Of a stretch of 64,000 bases of DNA, positions 22,758 to 34,739 are shown one piece after another. The DNA lies in NCBI GenBank assembly GCA_965219415.1, contig CBDCNP010000002.1, forward strand, positions 2,560,001 to 2,624,000, written 5' to 3'. The notes under the pieces were generated by a model that searched no databases, was not told the DNA's origin, and was given only the letters and a program-made list of their open reading frames with translations. The stretch's first letter is position 1, and each line of letters starts with the position of its first letter. The position numbers and the translations under genes are program-made. This DNA comes from Candidatus Marinacidobacterales bacterium (GTDB taxonomy: Bacteria; Acidobacteriota; Vicinamibacteria; Marinacidobacterales; DATDRI01).

Positions 22758-23567
22758 TCACATCAAGATTCTGTCGATCTCCTCTAAAGCCTTCTGAATA
22801 TCCTCGGCTTCATTATAGAGATGGGGCGAGAATCTTATGAAGTCCTTTCTGGCTGAGACCATCACTTTTGCTTCATTGAGTTGTCTAGCAATTTCAGATG
22901 AACTTTTTCCTGGGAAGCGAGCGGCAACTATGGATGACCGTTCTTCGTCATTCCTTTGGTGAGATAATTTCCGCGTTTCGCTCCTCTAACCCCTGAATAA
23001 GCAGAAAAGATAGATGCTTGTTGTGCTCGAAGATTCTTTCCACCCCTACTTTTAGAAGGCATTCAATGGAGCGTGCCAAGCCAAGAGGAGAGCCGTAGGC
23101 CATGGTGCTAAACTCAAATCGCTTGGCCGTATCTGGGTATTCCAACCGGTCTGCCTGAAAATCCCACATGTCTTTATGACTCCGCCAGCCGACCAAACCA
23201 GGTTCCAATTTATTCTGTAAATTGGGTGCTAGATACATGACTGCAACTCCGAATGGCCCGCAAAGCCACTTGTAGGCCGAGCTGACTAGCGCATCAACCT
23301 CCGAAGTCGTGACGTCTACCGGAACCGCACCCGCAGATTGGGTGGCGTCTATGACGAGCAAGGCACCATGAGCGTGAGCTTTATCAGCCATGAGTGCCAG
23401 ATCATAGAGCTGGCCGCCCCCATACTCAACATGAGAGAGGCAGACTATCGATGTTCTATTGTCAATCAACTGGATTACTTTTTCAGGGTTGACATATCCA
23501 TTTTCCCCTCTCGCCCATCGGACCTCAGAGTTCATGTGTCTGGATACGCGAATCCAGGGATAGATTG
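22758..23567 (-). pseudogene. Aminotransferase class V (cysteine desulfurase/kynureninase-like), 5' truncated by IS256 and frameshifted ~22950
   Basis: DATQSAG and SAYKWLCGP (PLP lysine). The C-terminus IRFSPHLYN is in a shifted frame. Confidence 0.8.
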
Positions 23568-24939
23568 GAGCTCTTGTCAATAGGTGTGTAAAAAAGTTCA
23601 GGCAGCAGCAACCTTCGACGACTCCGTTACCCTGTCTCCATCTTCAAATCGAACGCCCAGGTGAACCTCTCGCATCAGCTCCGGTGCGTTGAGCCGGCGA
23701 AAATTCTTCTCCGCAACCAGAAGCAGTTTGAAGATTGTCGCAGTGGCGGACTCGACTTTCTTGAACCTTTTGGCCGCATCCGTTCTCAATCTCAGTGCAG
23801 CGAACGGTGACTCCACGACGTTGCTCGTGCGAAGGTGTTGCCAGTGAGGCTTGGGAAAGGAATAGAAGCTGACCATCCGCTCCCAGTCCTCGTCGAGCAC
23901 GTGCGCGGCCCCCGGAAGACCCTTGCGCAAGCACCAATCCTGGAACTTGGCCTTCTTCGTCTCGCACTCCTGCAGGCTGGTGGGGTAGGGGATCGCCGTC
24001 AACAGCGGCTTGGCCTGCGCCTGGTCCCTTTTCGGAATCCGGTCCAGTACGTTGAGGATTCGGTGGTTCCAGCACCGCTGCTCCTCAGCTTCTGGAAATA
24101 CGTTTCGGGTCGCGGCCCAGATGTCGAGATGACCGTCACCGATCACCAAACGGGGACATCTCAGACCGCGCTTCTTCAGTCTCCGTAGCAGCGACGACCA
24201 TGACGCTTCGGATTCTCGATGCCCGGCCTCCAGCGTCAGGACGATTTTCGTCCCGTCGGACAGGCCACCAACCGCAACTAGCACCGCCGCCTTGTCCTTC
24301 TCAAGGCCGGCCTTCACGTACACGCCATCTACCCACAGGGACACGAGCTCGAGTTCGTCCAGTGGGCGAGCTAGCCACTGCTCGTACTCTCCCTGCCATT
24401 TCTGTTTCAGCCGCGACACCGTGCTGGAAGAAAGTGGAGCGTCCTCCCCTAGAAGCCCGCGGAGCGCCAGATCGAAATCTCCGTGAGCTAGTCCATGCAG
24501 GTACAGCTCCGGAATCAACTCGCTCACCGTTTCGCTCCGACGCTTGAACAGCGGAAGCACTCGACTTTCGAACCTCTCCTCCACGTCCCCTACTCTCGGC
24601 CGGCGAACCGTCACTGTGCCCACGCTCATCGTCAGCTTCCGAGGCTTACCGTATCCATTTCGATAGCCCGCCGTTGTGTCCACGGGCTTCCGTCTCTCCG
24701 ATTTCTCACGCCCGAGAAGCTCCGTGACTTCGGCTACCATCAGCTCCTGCACCCAATCCTGGATCTCGAGCCTCGCCCACTTCTCCAGCGACTCCCAAGC
24801 CACCCTTGACGAGCTCCGTCGTCTTGTGGTCTTTTCCTTCATGGCGGTGTCTCCTTCCGTTGGCCCCTTCACGCCGTGTTTCGTGACGCGGAAGGTTACT
24901 CCGCCTTTACTTTATTTCCACACCTTCTGAGGGTAGCTC
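23568..24939 (-). mobile_element. IS256-family element with intact transposase (23598-24872)
   Basis: WVDGVY, IGDG, QRCWNH and RTSNVVES motifs. IRs GAGCTCTTGTCAATAGGTGTGTAAAAAAGT / GAGCTACCCTCAGAAGGTGTGGAAATAAAGT. No target duplication seen. Confidence 0.92.
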
Positions 24940-25019
24940 AGCCTAGGGGGCCCTTGGCCCAGTCGCTAAGCTGCTGATTTATGGTCTATTTCAAAAGGGC
25001 CGAGTTTTGGCACAGGACG

Positions 25020-25400
25020 GGGTCCTGCCGAGTCAGCAGAAGCTCCGCCATCATGAAGTTGGTCAGGAGAATGTCCGGCGGGTTGTCTGCGACCCGCTGG
25101 CGTTCCTCCTGGTTCTCCTGCCCGGTGTAACGCCGGACCACCGGCTTGAGGTTCTCCGAAAGGCCCGACTGGTCGATGAATCTGTTGATTTCCTTGACCT
25201 GGCTGTTAGCGAGTGCGTTCATCGGGTATACGATGATCGCGCGTGTCCTTGGCCCATAACCGGCCTTCCGTGCACGGATGATGGCATCCACGATCGGAAC
25301 GAAAAAACAGAGGGATTTGCCCGAGCCGGTCCCCGTGGTCACAACGAAACTCTGTCCCGCCCGCGCTTTGGCGAAGGCTTGCCCTTGGTGCCTGTGAAAT
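25020..25400 (-). pseudogene. Internal fragment of a large DEAD/DEAH helicase (DUF1998-associated / Druantia-DISARM-like type)
   Basis: VVTTGTGSGKSLCFFVPIVD, AIIVYPMNALANSQ and PPDILLTNFMM motifs; cut at a family A terminus. Confidence 0.75.
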
Positions 25401-25766
25401 GGAAGCCGCGCTGTTGGTCACGCTGGATCCAACCAGCGATGGCGACCACCAACCATGTCAAGGGCTGCATCGGCGTGCTCATGACTGGGGATTCTAGCTT
25501 CCATTGGCGAACCAAGCGCAGACACCTCGAATCCGAAACGTCCCGGCGCAAGGGTCTTGAATTCGTTTGTGTTTTTGGACACGACGCCCTTGAATGCCCC
25601 CGGTATTTACAGACGCGTCGAACGTTCGCTCTCCCCACTCCAGAAGGATCGTGCGAACAGCACGGGTCGCCTATAGCAGAGCCAGTGCCGCGTCGGCTAC
25701 TCTCCGCGAATTTCGAGAACGCCTCTAGGATTCGAGCTTGCGGTTCCGTTCGCGTTTTCGGACACG

Positions 25767-25802
25767 AAAAAAGCCCGGGCCGCGTGAGCGACCCGGGCTC
25801 TC
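25767..25802 (-). terminator. Intrinsic terminator of groEL
   Basis: AGCCCGGG...CCCGGGCT stem followed by a T run on the minus strand, just after the groEL stop. Confidence 0.75.
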
Positions 25803-25816
25803 GGGAAGTGTGTAGC

Positions 25817-27469
<1,653 letters not shown>

Positions 27470-27485
27470 TTACAATACCTCCAAG

Positions 27486-27776
27486 CTATTCCACGATGCC
27501 GAGTACTTCGTCCTCTTTGAGGATGAGGTACTCAGTTCCGTCCAGTTTCACTTCCGAGCCCGAGTATTTGCCGATGAGCACTTTGTCGCCCACCTTCACC
27601 TCGAGCGCAACCTTCTTTCCGTCATTCAAAGTCCGGCCCGATCCGATGGCTATGACTTCGGCCGTCATCGGCTTTTCCTTCGCCGTGTCGGGAATGATGA
27701 TGGATCCGACTTTCTTCTCGTCTATCTCCTCGATCCGCTTCACGACAATGTTGTCCTTTATCGGTTTGATCTTCAT
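27486..27776 (-). CDS. groS: Co-chaperonin GroES
   Basis: IKPIKD...SIIIPDTAKEKP...VKVGDKV; directly upstream of groEL. Confidence 0.97.
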   Translation of the reverse strand: MKIKPIKDNIVVKRIEEIDEKKVGSIIIPDTAKEKPMTAEVIAIGSGRTLNDGKKVALEVKVGDKVLIGKYSGSEVKLDGTEYLILKEDEVLGIVE

Positions 27777-27839
27777 TTCTCGATTATTCCTCCTTGTTAT
27801 CTAGGACCGGCCGTCGGGGTCGAACTCCCAAAACGGCGG

Positions 27840-28171
27840 TCAACCACTGATGAGAATCTGACGGCCTTTCTCGCTCGCCTTCTTCGGCATGGTCACCGTC
27901 AGAATGCCCTTCTTGAAATCGGCCTTTACTTTGTCCGTATCGATGCTTGTCGGGAGCTCGAACGTGCAATGGAACAGGCCGTAGGTTCCATGCAAACGAT
28001 GAGAACAAAGCTCTTTTCGGTTTCGTAGAGATCCACAGCGGGGGACCATGCCCCAGTGGTCGACAGCTCTCCCTCGGAGCGCGTGCGCGACAGCGTCTGA
28101 TCGATTCGCCGGTTCATCCGTTCTTGAGGCGCAAGAAGCTCACGCACGGGATCCCAATGGGCGAGTGGCAT
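27840..28171 (-). pseudogene. Hsp20/alpha-crystallin small heat-shock protein with internal deletion/frameshift
   Basis: N-terminus WDPVREL...WSPAVDLYET and C-terminus FELPTSIDTDKVKADFKKGILTVTMPK lie in different frames; central segment missing. Confidence 0.8.
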
Positions 28172-28195
28172 TTGTAATTCATCAACCTCAACATA

Positions 28196-28222
28196 TTAGC
28201 ACTCTACACACCCGAGTGCTTG
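28196..28222. promoter_or_regulatory. CIRCE (HrcA operator) upstream of hsp20-groES-groEL, distal arm clipped by a transposon end
   Basis: TTAGCACTC-N9-GAGTGCT, then TGTGCC (family C end) instead of the final AA. Confidence 0.88.
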
Positions 28223-28628
28223 TGCCTTCTATTCATTCATCCGCGCGCACCGAACTTGATTAGTCTCCGGTCTGCCAGCACTATGCCGGCATGATTTCGT
28301 CGTTTGTTCGCGCTCTCGTCTCTGCCTTCAAGGCTCGTCGCGAGCTGGCTCTCGAGAATGTCGCTCTTCGCCAGCAGCTCGCCGTGCTCCACCGTTCGGT
28401 GAAACGGCCGCGGCTCTCGAATGTCGACCGCGAGTTTTGGGTGCTGTTGCGGGTGCTTCCGCCATTAAAGTGTTGGTGAGATGACGCTAACACTTTACGC
28501 TGCATTATCCCCAGGGTACTGGTGCCCTATGTGCCAAGCGGCGTCGCGGTGGATTGCTTTCTACATCGTGCCGTCAAGCTTCGACCCATCCCTCACTGTG
28601 CCTCACCGGCGCATAGTAAGATGGCGCG

Positions 28629-28804
28629 ATGAGCCTCAAACGTATCGTCGAGCAATCCGACACGCGGGCGGGGCGCTGGTTCGATAGGGTTGTCTCCGCT
28701 CTCATCGTCGTCTCGCTCATCACGTTCTCGATCGAAACCCTGCCCAATCTCCCGCCGGCGGCCTCGGCGGTGCTCTATTGGATCGAGTTTGCGACCGTTC
28801 TACT
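28629..28804 (+). pseudogene. N-terminal fragment of a voltage-gated-type ion transporter, truncated by an IS5 element
   Basis: DTRAGRWFDRVVSALIVVSLITFSIETLP...WIEFATVL resembles S1-S2 of Ion_trans proteins. Confidence 0.65.
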
Positions 28805-29892
28805 GCCTTGGTGCACAACTCCGATAGAGGCCGAGAGCTCGCTTGGCCCCGACTCCCATCATCCGATCATCTCGCTATCAGGCATCCCGAGCACCGTCAT
28901 GGTGTTGAGAATCTTGCACCCGATCCTTGCCTCACCTCTCTGTGCCGCCAACCCTCTCGCTCGCATCGCTGAGCCCACGATAGCCTTGTAGCGATGGAAC
29001 GTTGTCTCGACTTTGCTCCGTTTGCTGTAGCCCGATTCTGTGTGCCACTTTCGTTTGCCGAGCCGAGCTTGTGCTGCAATGTTGCGATTGCGCTGTCGGC
29101 TGCTCGCCGGCCCCGATGCGAGCAGGGCGCCCTTGCGCGGCGGTATCAGCACCCTCGGCGAGCGATGAGCGCTGTGATTCTCGATTGCCTCATAGACGCC
29201 GCCGGCGTCGTATGCGGTGTCAGCTCTGGCCGATGAGATGGGACTGTCGATCTGTCCGACAAGCGATGCAACCCGCGATGAATCGCGGGCTCTTTTGCTC
29301 GTCAGCTCGCCGGCGACGACTTCGCCACTCTGCTCGTCGACACACAGATGGAGCTTGCGATAGTCCCTGCTCTTTTGTGCTCTGCGCAGCTGGCCGGCGT
29401 GGACAGCGAGACCGCTGCTGTCGAACAAGATGTGCAACGGCGTCTTCTGCTTGATTTGGTAGAAGGGGACCTTACCCAGCTTCGGCTTGCGCCTCGAGAT
29501 CGTGGTGTGATCGGGCACATCATTGTCTAGCTTCATCAGAGCGAACAACGACCGCAGCAATCCCTCGCTCTGCCTAGATGACAGATGAAACACCATGCCC
29601 AGGGTGACAGCCGTCTCGATGGCGTGGTTCGAGTACTTGCGTTGACGGCCCGGTTTCCTCCTCCTTGGCCGGGGGCGCGTCCCAGTTCACAAGCTTGCCG
29701 GCGGTGAGCGAGATCCAGACGGTCAGGCTCCCGCGGTTGCGTAGACCCGCCTCATATTCACGCCAATTCCTCACGCGATAGGCCTTCTTCACATACTTCC
29801 CGCTGAGTGCGTTTGAAAATGCTCATGGGGAACCTCGTATCCGCGAGTACAGGACAATTGTGGACCGAGATCGCGAGTTGTGCACCAAGGCA
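28804..29892 (-). mobile_element. IS5-family (IS903 group) element with frameshifted transposase (29792-28859)
   Basis: IR TGCCTTGGTGCACAACTC at both ends. YRVRNWREYEAGLRNRGSLTVW, PDHTTISRR, DSSG, ADTAYD and RSKVETTF motifs. Confidence 0.88.
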
Positions 29893-29992
29893 CCGTATTG
29901 GTACAATTCCGGCGGCCCTGTTACCCTGTCCGTGACTGTTACGGCTGGCCGACGGAGCGGGCCATCACACGCAACTATTCTAGGAGATAAAA

Positions 29993-30319
29993 ATGGCAAT
30001 CAGAATCATTGTTGGCCTCATCTGGCTATTGGCGATTGTGCAGGGCTTGGCCGCTGAGGCAGTTCCCGCTGGGATCGTGGCCCTCGCACTGGTTGTTCTG
30101 GGCTTGGTGTATGGCGGTTTGGCGATCGACGCTGAGGACGCGACAGCCTACTTGGTATTGACTCTTGCAGTCGGCGCTACTGCAGGTGCGGACGTACTGA
30201 GTCACATCCAAGTGATTGGCGGTTCCCTGGACGCCATCGTCGATCAGGTCAGTACCTCTCTTTATGCCGGGGTCGTGACCGTGCTTGCCAAGAGGGCGCT
30301 CAAGCTCGTCAAGGGTTGA
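29993..30319 (+). CDS. Small multi-pass membrane protein, unknown function
   Basis: GGAG RBS and 108-aa hydrophobic ORF. Confidence 0.65.
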   Translation: MAIRIIVGLIWLLAIVQGLAAEAVPAGIVALALVVLGLVYGGLAIDAEDATAYLVLTLAVGATAGADVLSHIQVIGGSLDAIVDQVSTSLYAGVVTVLAKRALKLVKG

Positions 30320-30419
30320 AATCTTGTTTCCAGGAGCTAAGGGCCCGGTCGCAAACACAGACACCAAGCTGCTGATTTATAGGCTATTTCAAAAAGCCCG
30401 AGTTTTGGCACAGGACGGG

Positions 30420-31032
30420 ACGCTGCAACAGTTTCCGGGAGGCGATTGGGTGCGAGCACGACTATCGATTCGTCATCGTGGACCGCGATGGGAAGTTCTC
30501 AGCAGACCTCCGCCGCTCCGTCCGGGGGATGGGTGTTCGGCCGTTGAGGACGCCGCGCAGAGCACCGCAGGCGAATGCCTATTGTGAGAGACTCATCGGC
30601 ACCACACGCCGGGAGTGCTTGGATTTTCTGATACCGCTGTCGGAGGAACATCTCTGCCGACTCTTGACCGAATGGCGTGACTACTACAATCGGGCGAGAC
30701 CGCATTCATCGCTCGGCCCAAGCCTTCCCACCCCCTGTGTCGAGCTTCCGATGAAACCGGACCAGCACCGACATCAATTACCCGCCCAGCGCGCCGTTGC
30801 CTCGAGGCCGGTCCTTGGTGGGCTCCATCACGATTACCGGTTGGCACGCGTCGTCTGACGGAGCTAGGTTCTCGCGGGGAACAACGCGTTCTTTCTGAAG
30901 CACGTTATTGCGTCGGTGGCCCGGCAGCGACAGAGTGCAGAACCTCCACCGAGGCGAACACGAGTTCGCAGGACCTCAACTCCCATGGCTGTCTGCCCGT
31001 CAATTCGCGATCTTCTTTTTTGCGGATCATAA
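30420..31032 (+). mobile_element. 3' fragment of an rve transposase plus its right end (family D: ...CTTCTTTTTTGCGGATCA[C/T]A)
   Basis: DRDGKF...PQANAYCERLIGT.RRECLD...LGGLHHDYRLA. The same end recurs at ~31555-31579, 31880-32085, 49431-49451(-) and 55967-55995. Confidence 0.82.
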
Positions 31033-32195
31033 GAGATGAGAGCGCGAACAAACGACGAAATCATGCCGGCATGGTGCCGGCAGACCAGAGATTAATCAAG
31101 TTCGGTGCGCGCGGATGAATAAATAGAAGGCACACCGCTCGCGCCAATCTCATGCAGCTCGAGTTTATGGAAGAGACAGGTAATTCAAGTCACGCAGCCT
31201 CGAACGGCTGATCTGCACCGCCCTGACCCCGGCTCACTCTGCGATGCCGCGTTGTCGCAGGGTGGCCTAGAAGGCGAAGCCGCCACCCCCTCGGGTGGGG
31301 CCGGTTGGAATCTGCGGCCAACGCCGACGTCTTTATTAGACGCGATGGCGTTCGCCGGCGCACCCAGGCCAACTGACGCTAGCATTCAAATGCCTCTAGC
31401 GGCGTAGTAACACTGGATGGCAGAAGCACTCTTCGAGTAGTGTAGACTCCTGACATTGAGGTGTTCGATGGCGGACAGGCGCGTGTGCTCTGCAAAAAGT
31501 CTATCCGGCGTTGGTTGCGCGTTTTGGACCTGCTATGGTCGGCTGCTTCTGACGGATCTTCTTTTTTGCGGATCACAGCGCAAGCTGGACGGAACGGATG
31601 GTTTGGAGGAGAGCTTCTGCTCGGCCTCGCCTATCGCAGACCCCGTGCCGCATCGGCAGGTCTCCGCGAGTTTCAAGAACGCCTCTAAGATTCGAGATTG
31701 CGGCTCCGTTCGCGTTTTCGGACATGACGGGAATCATCAAGGCAAGGAGAATCTGCTGCTGTTCCCAGCCAGCGACCAGTTACCTCAGTCCGAGCGCAAG
31801 GTGCGCTCCCGTGAACGGCTTGGCGGGTTGCTACGTTTCTACCATCGGGAAGCCGCATGAGTATTTTGACCTCACGGGGGGCTCCATCACGATTACCGGT
31901 GGTCGAGCGTCGCCTGACTGACCTAGCTTCTCGCGACCAACAACGCGTTCTTTATCCAACACATTACTGTGTCGGTGGCCCGGCGGCGACAGTGTGCAGA
32001 ATTTCCACCCAGGCATGAGTTCGCAGGACCTTCCTCTCATAGCTGTCTGCCCGTCCATACGCGACTTCTTTTTTGCGGATCACAAGGAGTGTAGCGGAAA
32101 CATGCCTGCTCTGGTCGCTTTGAGCTGTCCCGGGCCTTCTTGAATCCTTCCTTCACGCTCTTTAGCCACGAGGATTTGTTACGATTCCCCTTATC

Positions 32196-34478
32196 GTGAG
32201 CATCAGCACGAGTACCTTCTTCCCAACCGTCCTCTTCCTGACCCTCACCGCCTGCAGTCCTCCAGAAAACGCCGACCGCACGGTCTTACCTCCTCCCGAT
32301 AAGCCTTTCCGGGCGCCTGAGGGGGCTCCCCACATCCTCCTGGTTATGGGGGATGATGTCGGCTTCGGCCAGCCAGCTACCTTCGGCGGGCCGGTCGAAA
32401 CACCAACCCTCGATCGCCTCGCGAATGAAGGGCTCCGTTACAACCACTTTCACACCAGCGCCGTCTGTGCGGCATCCCGCGCCGCGCTCCTCACCGGGAG
32501 GAATGCTCACTCGGTCGGAATGGGCTTCACACCCGAAACCGCGAGCGACCATCCAGGCTACAACGCCATCATTCCGAAAAGCGCGGCGACCATCGGCGAG
32601 ATTCTGCGTCAAAACGGCTATGCCACAGCTTGGTTCGGCAAATCACACCTCACGCCAGTCTACGAGGTCACGCCGGTGGGACCTTTCGACCGATGGCCGA
32701 CGAGCTTCGGATTCGACTACTACTACGGTTTCTTCGGTGCTGGCGCCAACAGTTGGTACACGTCAATTTGGGAGAACACCACGCCGGTCCGTCCGGCGAA
32801 GACGCCCGACGAGGGGTATCACTTCGAGGCCGACATGGCGGATAAGGCGATACGGTGGATTCGTCAACAGAATACCGTTTATCCCGATAAACCATGGTTT
32901 GCCTACTGGGCCCCTGCGGCCAACAAGCCCCCGGTTGCCGCGCCCAAACGCTTCATCGCCAAGTACAAAGGGAAGTTTGACGACGGCTACGACGAGCTCC
33001 GAAAGCAAACGCTAGCGAGGCAGATCGAGTTAGGCGTCGTACCGCCTGACACGAACCTCAGCCCGTGGCCGGAAGAGATTTTGCCGCACTGGGACGAGCT
33101 CACCGAGACCGAGAAAAAAGTCGGTGCCAGGTGGATGGAGGTGGTCTCTGGTGCTTTCGAGCATACCGATTTCCAGGTCGGTCGCATTGTCGCGGCCATC
33201 GAGGAGCTCGGTGAGAGGGACAACACGCTCATCATCTATATTTCCGGTGACAACGGCCCCACTCCGGAAGGTGGACTTCAAGGTAGCGACAACAAGTCCG
33301 CGTTCACCAACGGCGTCACCTATCCGTTGGAGAAAATGCTTGAAGACATAGAGGAACTCGGTGGACCTCGCTCCTATGGCTCCATGCCCGCCATGTGGGC
33401 CTATGCCACGAGCTCACCATTCATGTGGGGTAAACCCGTGGCCTCTCATTTAGGCGGCGTCAGGAGCGGCATGGTCATCTCTTGGCCTGCCCGCATCAAG
33501 GACAAAGGCGGCCTCCGTACGCAGTTCCATCATCTCATCGATATCGTACCGACCATCCTCGAGGCTTCCGGCCTGCCGGAGCCCGAAACGGTTAACGGCA
33601 TCCAGCAAAAGCCGATCGAAGGCGTCAGCATGATCTATACCTCCGACGACCGAGATGCCCCGAGCCGGCGGACAACCCAATATTTCGAATCGATCGGCAC
33701 GCGCGCCATATACCAAGATGGATGGTGGGCGGGAACCCGCCACGGCTTTACCGGAAGCAGTTTGGGGAGCCCGGGGGAGTTTGCAAACGACGAGTGGGAA
33801 CTCTACTACCTTGAGGAGGACTTTGGTCAGTCGAATAACGTCGCTGCGACCTATCCAAGAAAACTTGAGGAGATGAAGCGACTCTTCGACCACGAAGCCA
33901 AAAAACACCAGGTGTATCCGCTACGGGACAATATGGCGGCGCTCCTCGCAGCCCGACAAGGTCCTCAACTCACGACCGGGAACAAAGTCGTCTACGGGCC
34001 CGGCATCTCTCGCTTGCCAGAGCAGGGCGTGATCGACATCAAGAATCGCTCGTTTTCTATTGCCGCTGAGGTCGAGACCGGAGAGCGAATGACAGAAGGA
34101 GTCATCGTGACCCTCGGTGGCTCGGCGGCCGGCTTCGTGCTCATGGTGCAAGAGGGGAAACCGACGTTCGTCTACAACTGGTTCGCCTTGGAGCGCTACA
34201 CCATCGCTTCTTCAGACCCCTTACCGGTGGGGGAGTCTACGCTCCGGTTCGACTTCGCTTACGACGGTGGCGGCCGAGGTAAGGGCGGCACGGGCACCCT
34301 ATCCGTCAACGGCAATCAGGTAGCCGAAGGCCGAATCGACAAGACCGTGCCGACGCTCTTCACGTATGACGAGACCTTAGACGTCGGTGAGGATTGGGGC
34401 TCACCGGTAAGCTGGACCTACGAACCCCCGTTTGCGTTTACCGGGAGGATTGAGCGAGTCACCATTGAGGTGGAGTAA
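32196..34478 (+). CDS. Arylsulfatase (formylglycine-dependent), probable lipoprotein, with C-terminal LamG-like domain
   Basis: DDVG, CAASRAALLTGR, GKSH and SGDNG motifs; LTAC lipobox-like sequence. Confidence 0.92.
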   Translation: MSISTSTFFPTVLFLTLTACSPPENADRTVLPPPDKPFRAPEGAPHILLVMGDDVGFGQPATFGGPVETPTLDRLANEGLRYNHFHTSAVCAASRAALLTGRNAHSVGMGFTPETASDHPGYNAIIPKSAATIGEILRQNGYATAWFGKSHLTPVYEVTPVGPFDRWPTSFGFDYYYGFFGAGANSWYTSIWENTTPVRPAKTPDEGYHFEADMADKAIRWIRQQNTVYPDKPWFAYWAPAANKPPVAAPKRFIAKYKGKFDDGYDELRKQTLARQIELGVVPPDTNLSPWPEEILPHWDELTETEKKVGARWMEVVSGAFEHTDFQVGRIVAAIEELGERDNTLIIYISGDNGPTPEGGLQGSDNKSAFTNGVTYPLEKMLEDIEELGGPRSYGSMPAMWAYATSSPFMWGKPVASHLGGVRSGMVISWPARIKDKGGLRTQFHHLIDIVPTILEASGLPEPETVNGIQQKPIEGVSMIYTSDDRDAPSRRTTQYFESIGTRAIYQDGWWAGTRHGFTGSSLGSPGEFANDEWELYYLEEDFGQSNNVAATYPRKLEEMKRLFDHEAKKHQVYPLRDNMAALLAARQGPQLTTGNKVVYGPGISRLPEQGVIDIKNRSFSIAAEVETGERMTEGVIVTLGGSAAGFVLMVQEGKPTFVYNWFALERYTIASSDPLPVGESTLRFDFAYDGGGRGKGGTGTLSVNGNQVAEGRIDKTVPTLFTYDETLDVGEDWGSPVSWTYEPPFAFTGRIERVTIEVE

Positions 34479-34551
34479 ACCCCGAGCTCACTTTCCACCA
34501 GGAACAAACGCTAGTTGCGCTCAAGGAAGAAGCCGGTGCCGTTGGTTAGCA

Positions 34552-34717
34552 GGTGCTTGCGCTGTTTGCTGTTGGTGATGTGTACGTATCCCTTTGCAAA
34601 AGAGGCGCTTAAGCTCCATTTAGCGCGCGGCGAAGGTCGTGAGCGCTATTTTGGCTGTAACTTAATGCAGCGTAAAGTCTTAGTGTCATCTCACCAACAC
34701 TTAATGGCGGAAGCACC
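34552..34717 (-). mobile_element. MITE family B (~166 bp, GGTGCTT...AAGCACC), representative copy
   Basis: Imperfect IRs GGTGCTTCCGCCATTAAGTGTTGGTGA / GGTGCTTGCGCTGTTTACTGTTGGTGA. Complete copies also at 47639-47804, 49452-49617, 57017-57181, 59613-59779; partial at 28452, 61138, 63912. Confidence 0.88.
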
Positions 34718-34739
34718 AAGAGGACCTCACTGCGCTCGA

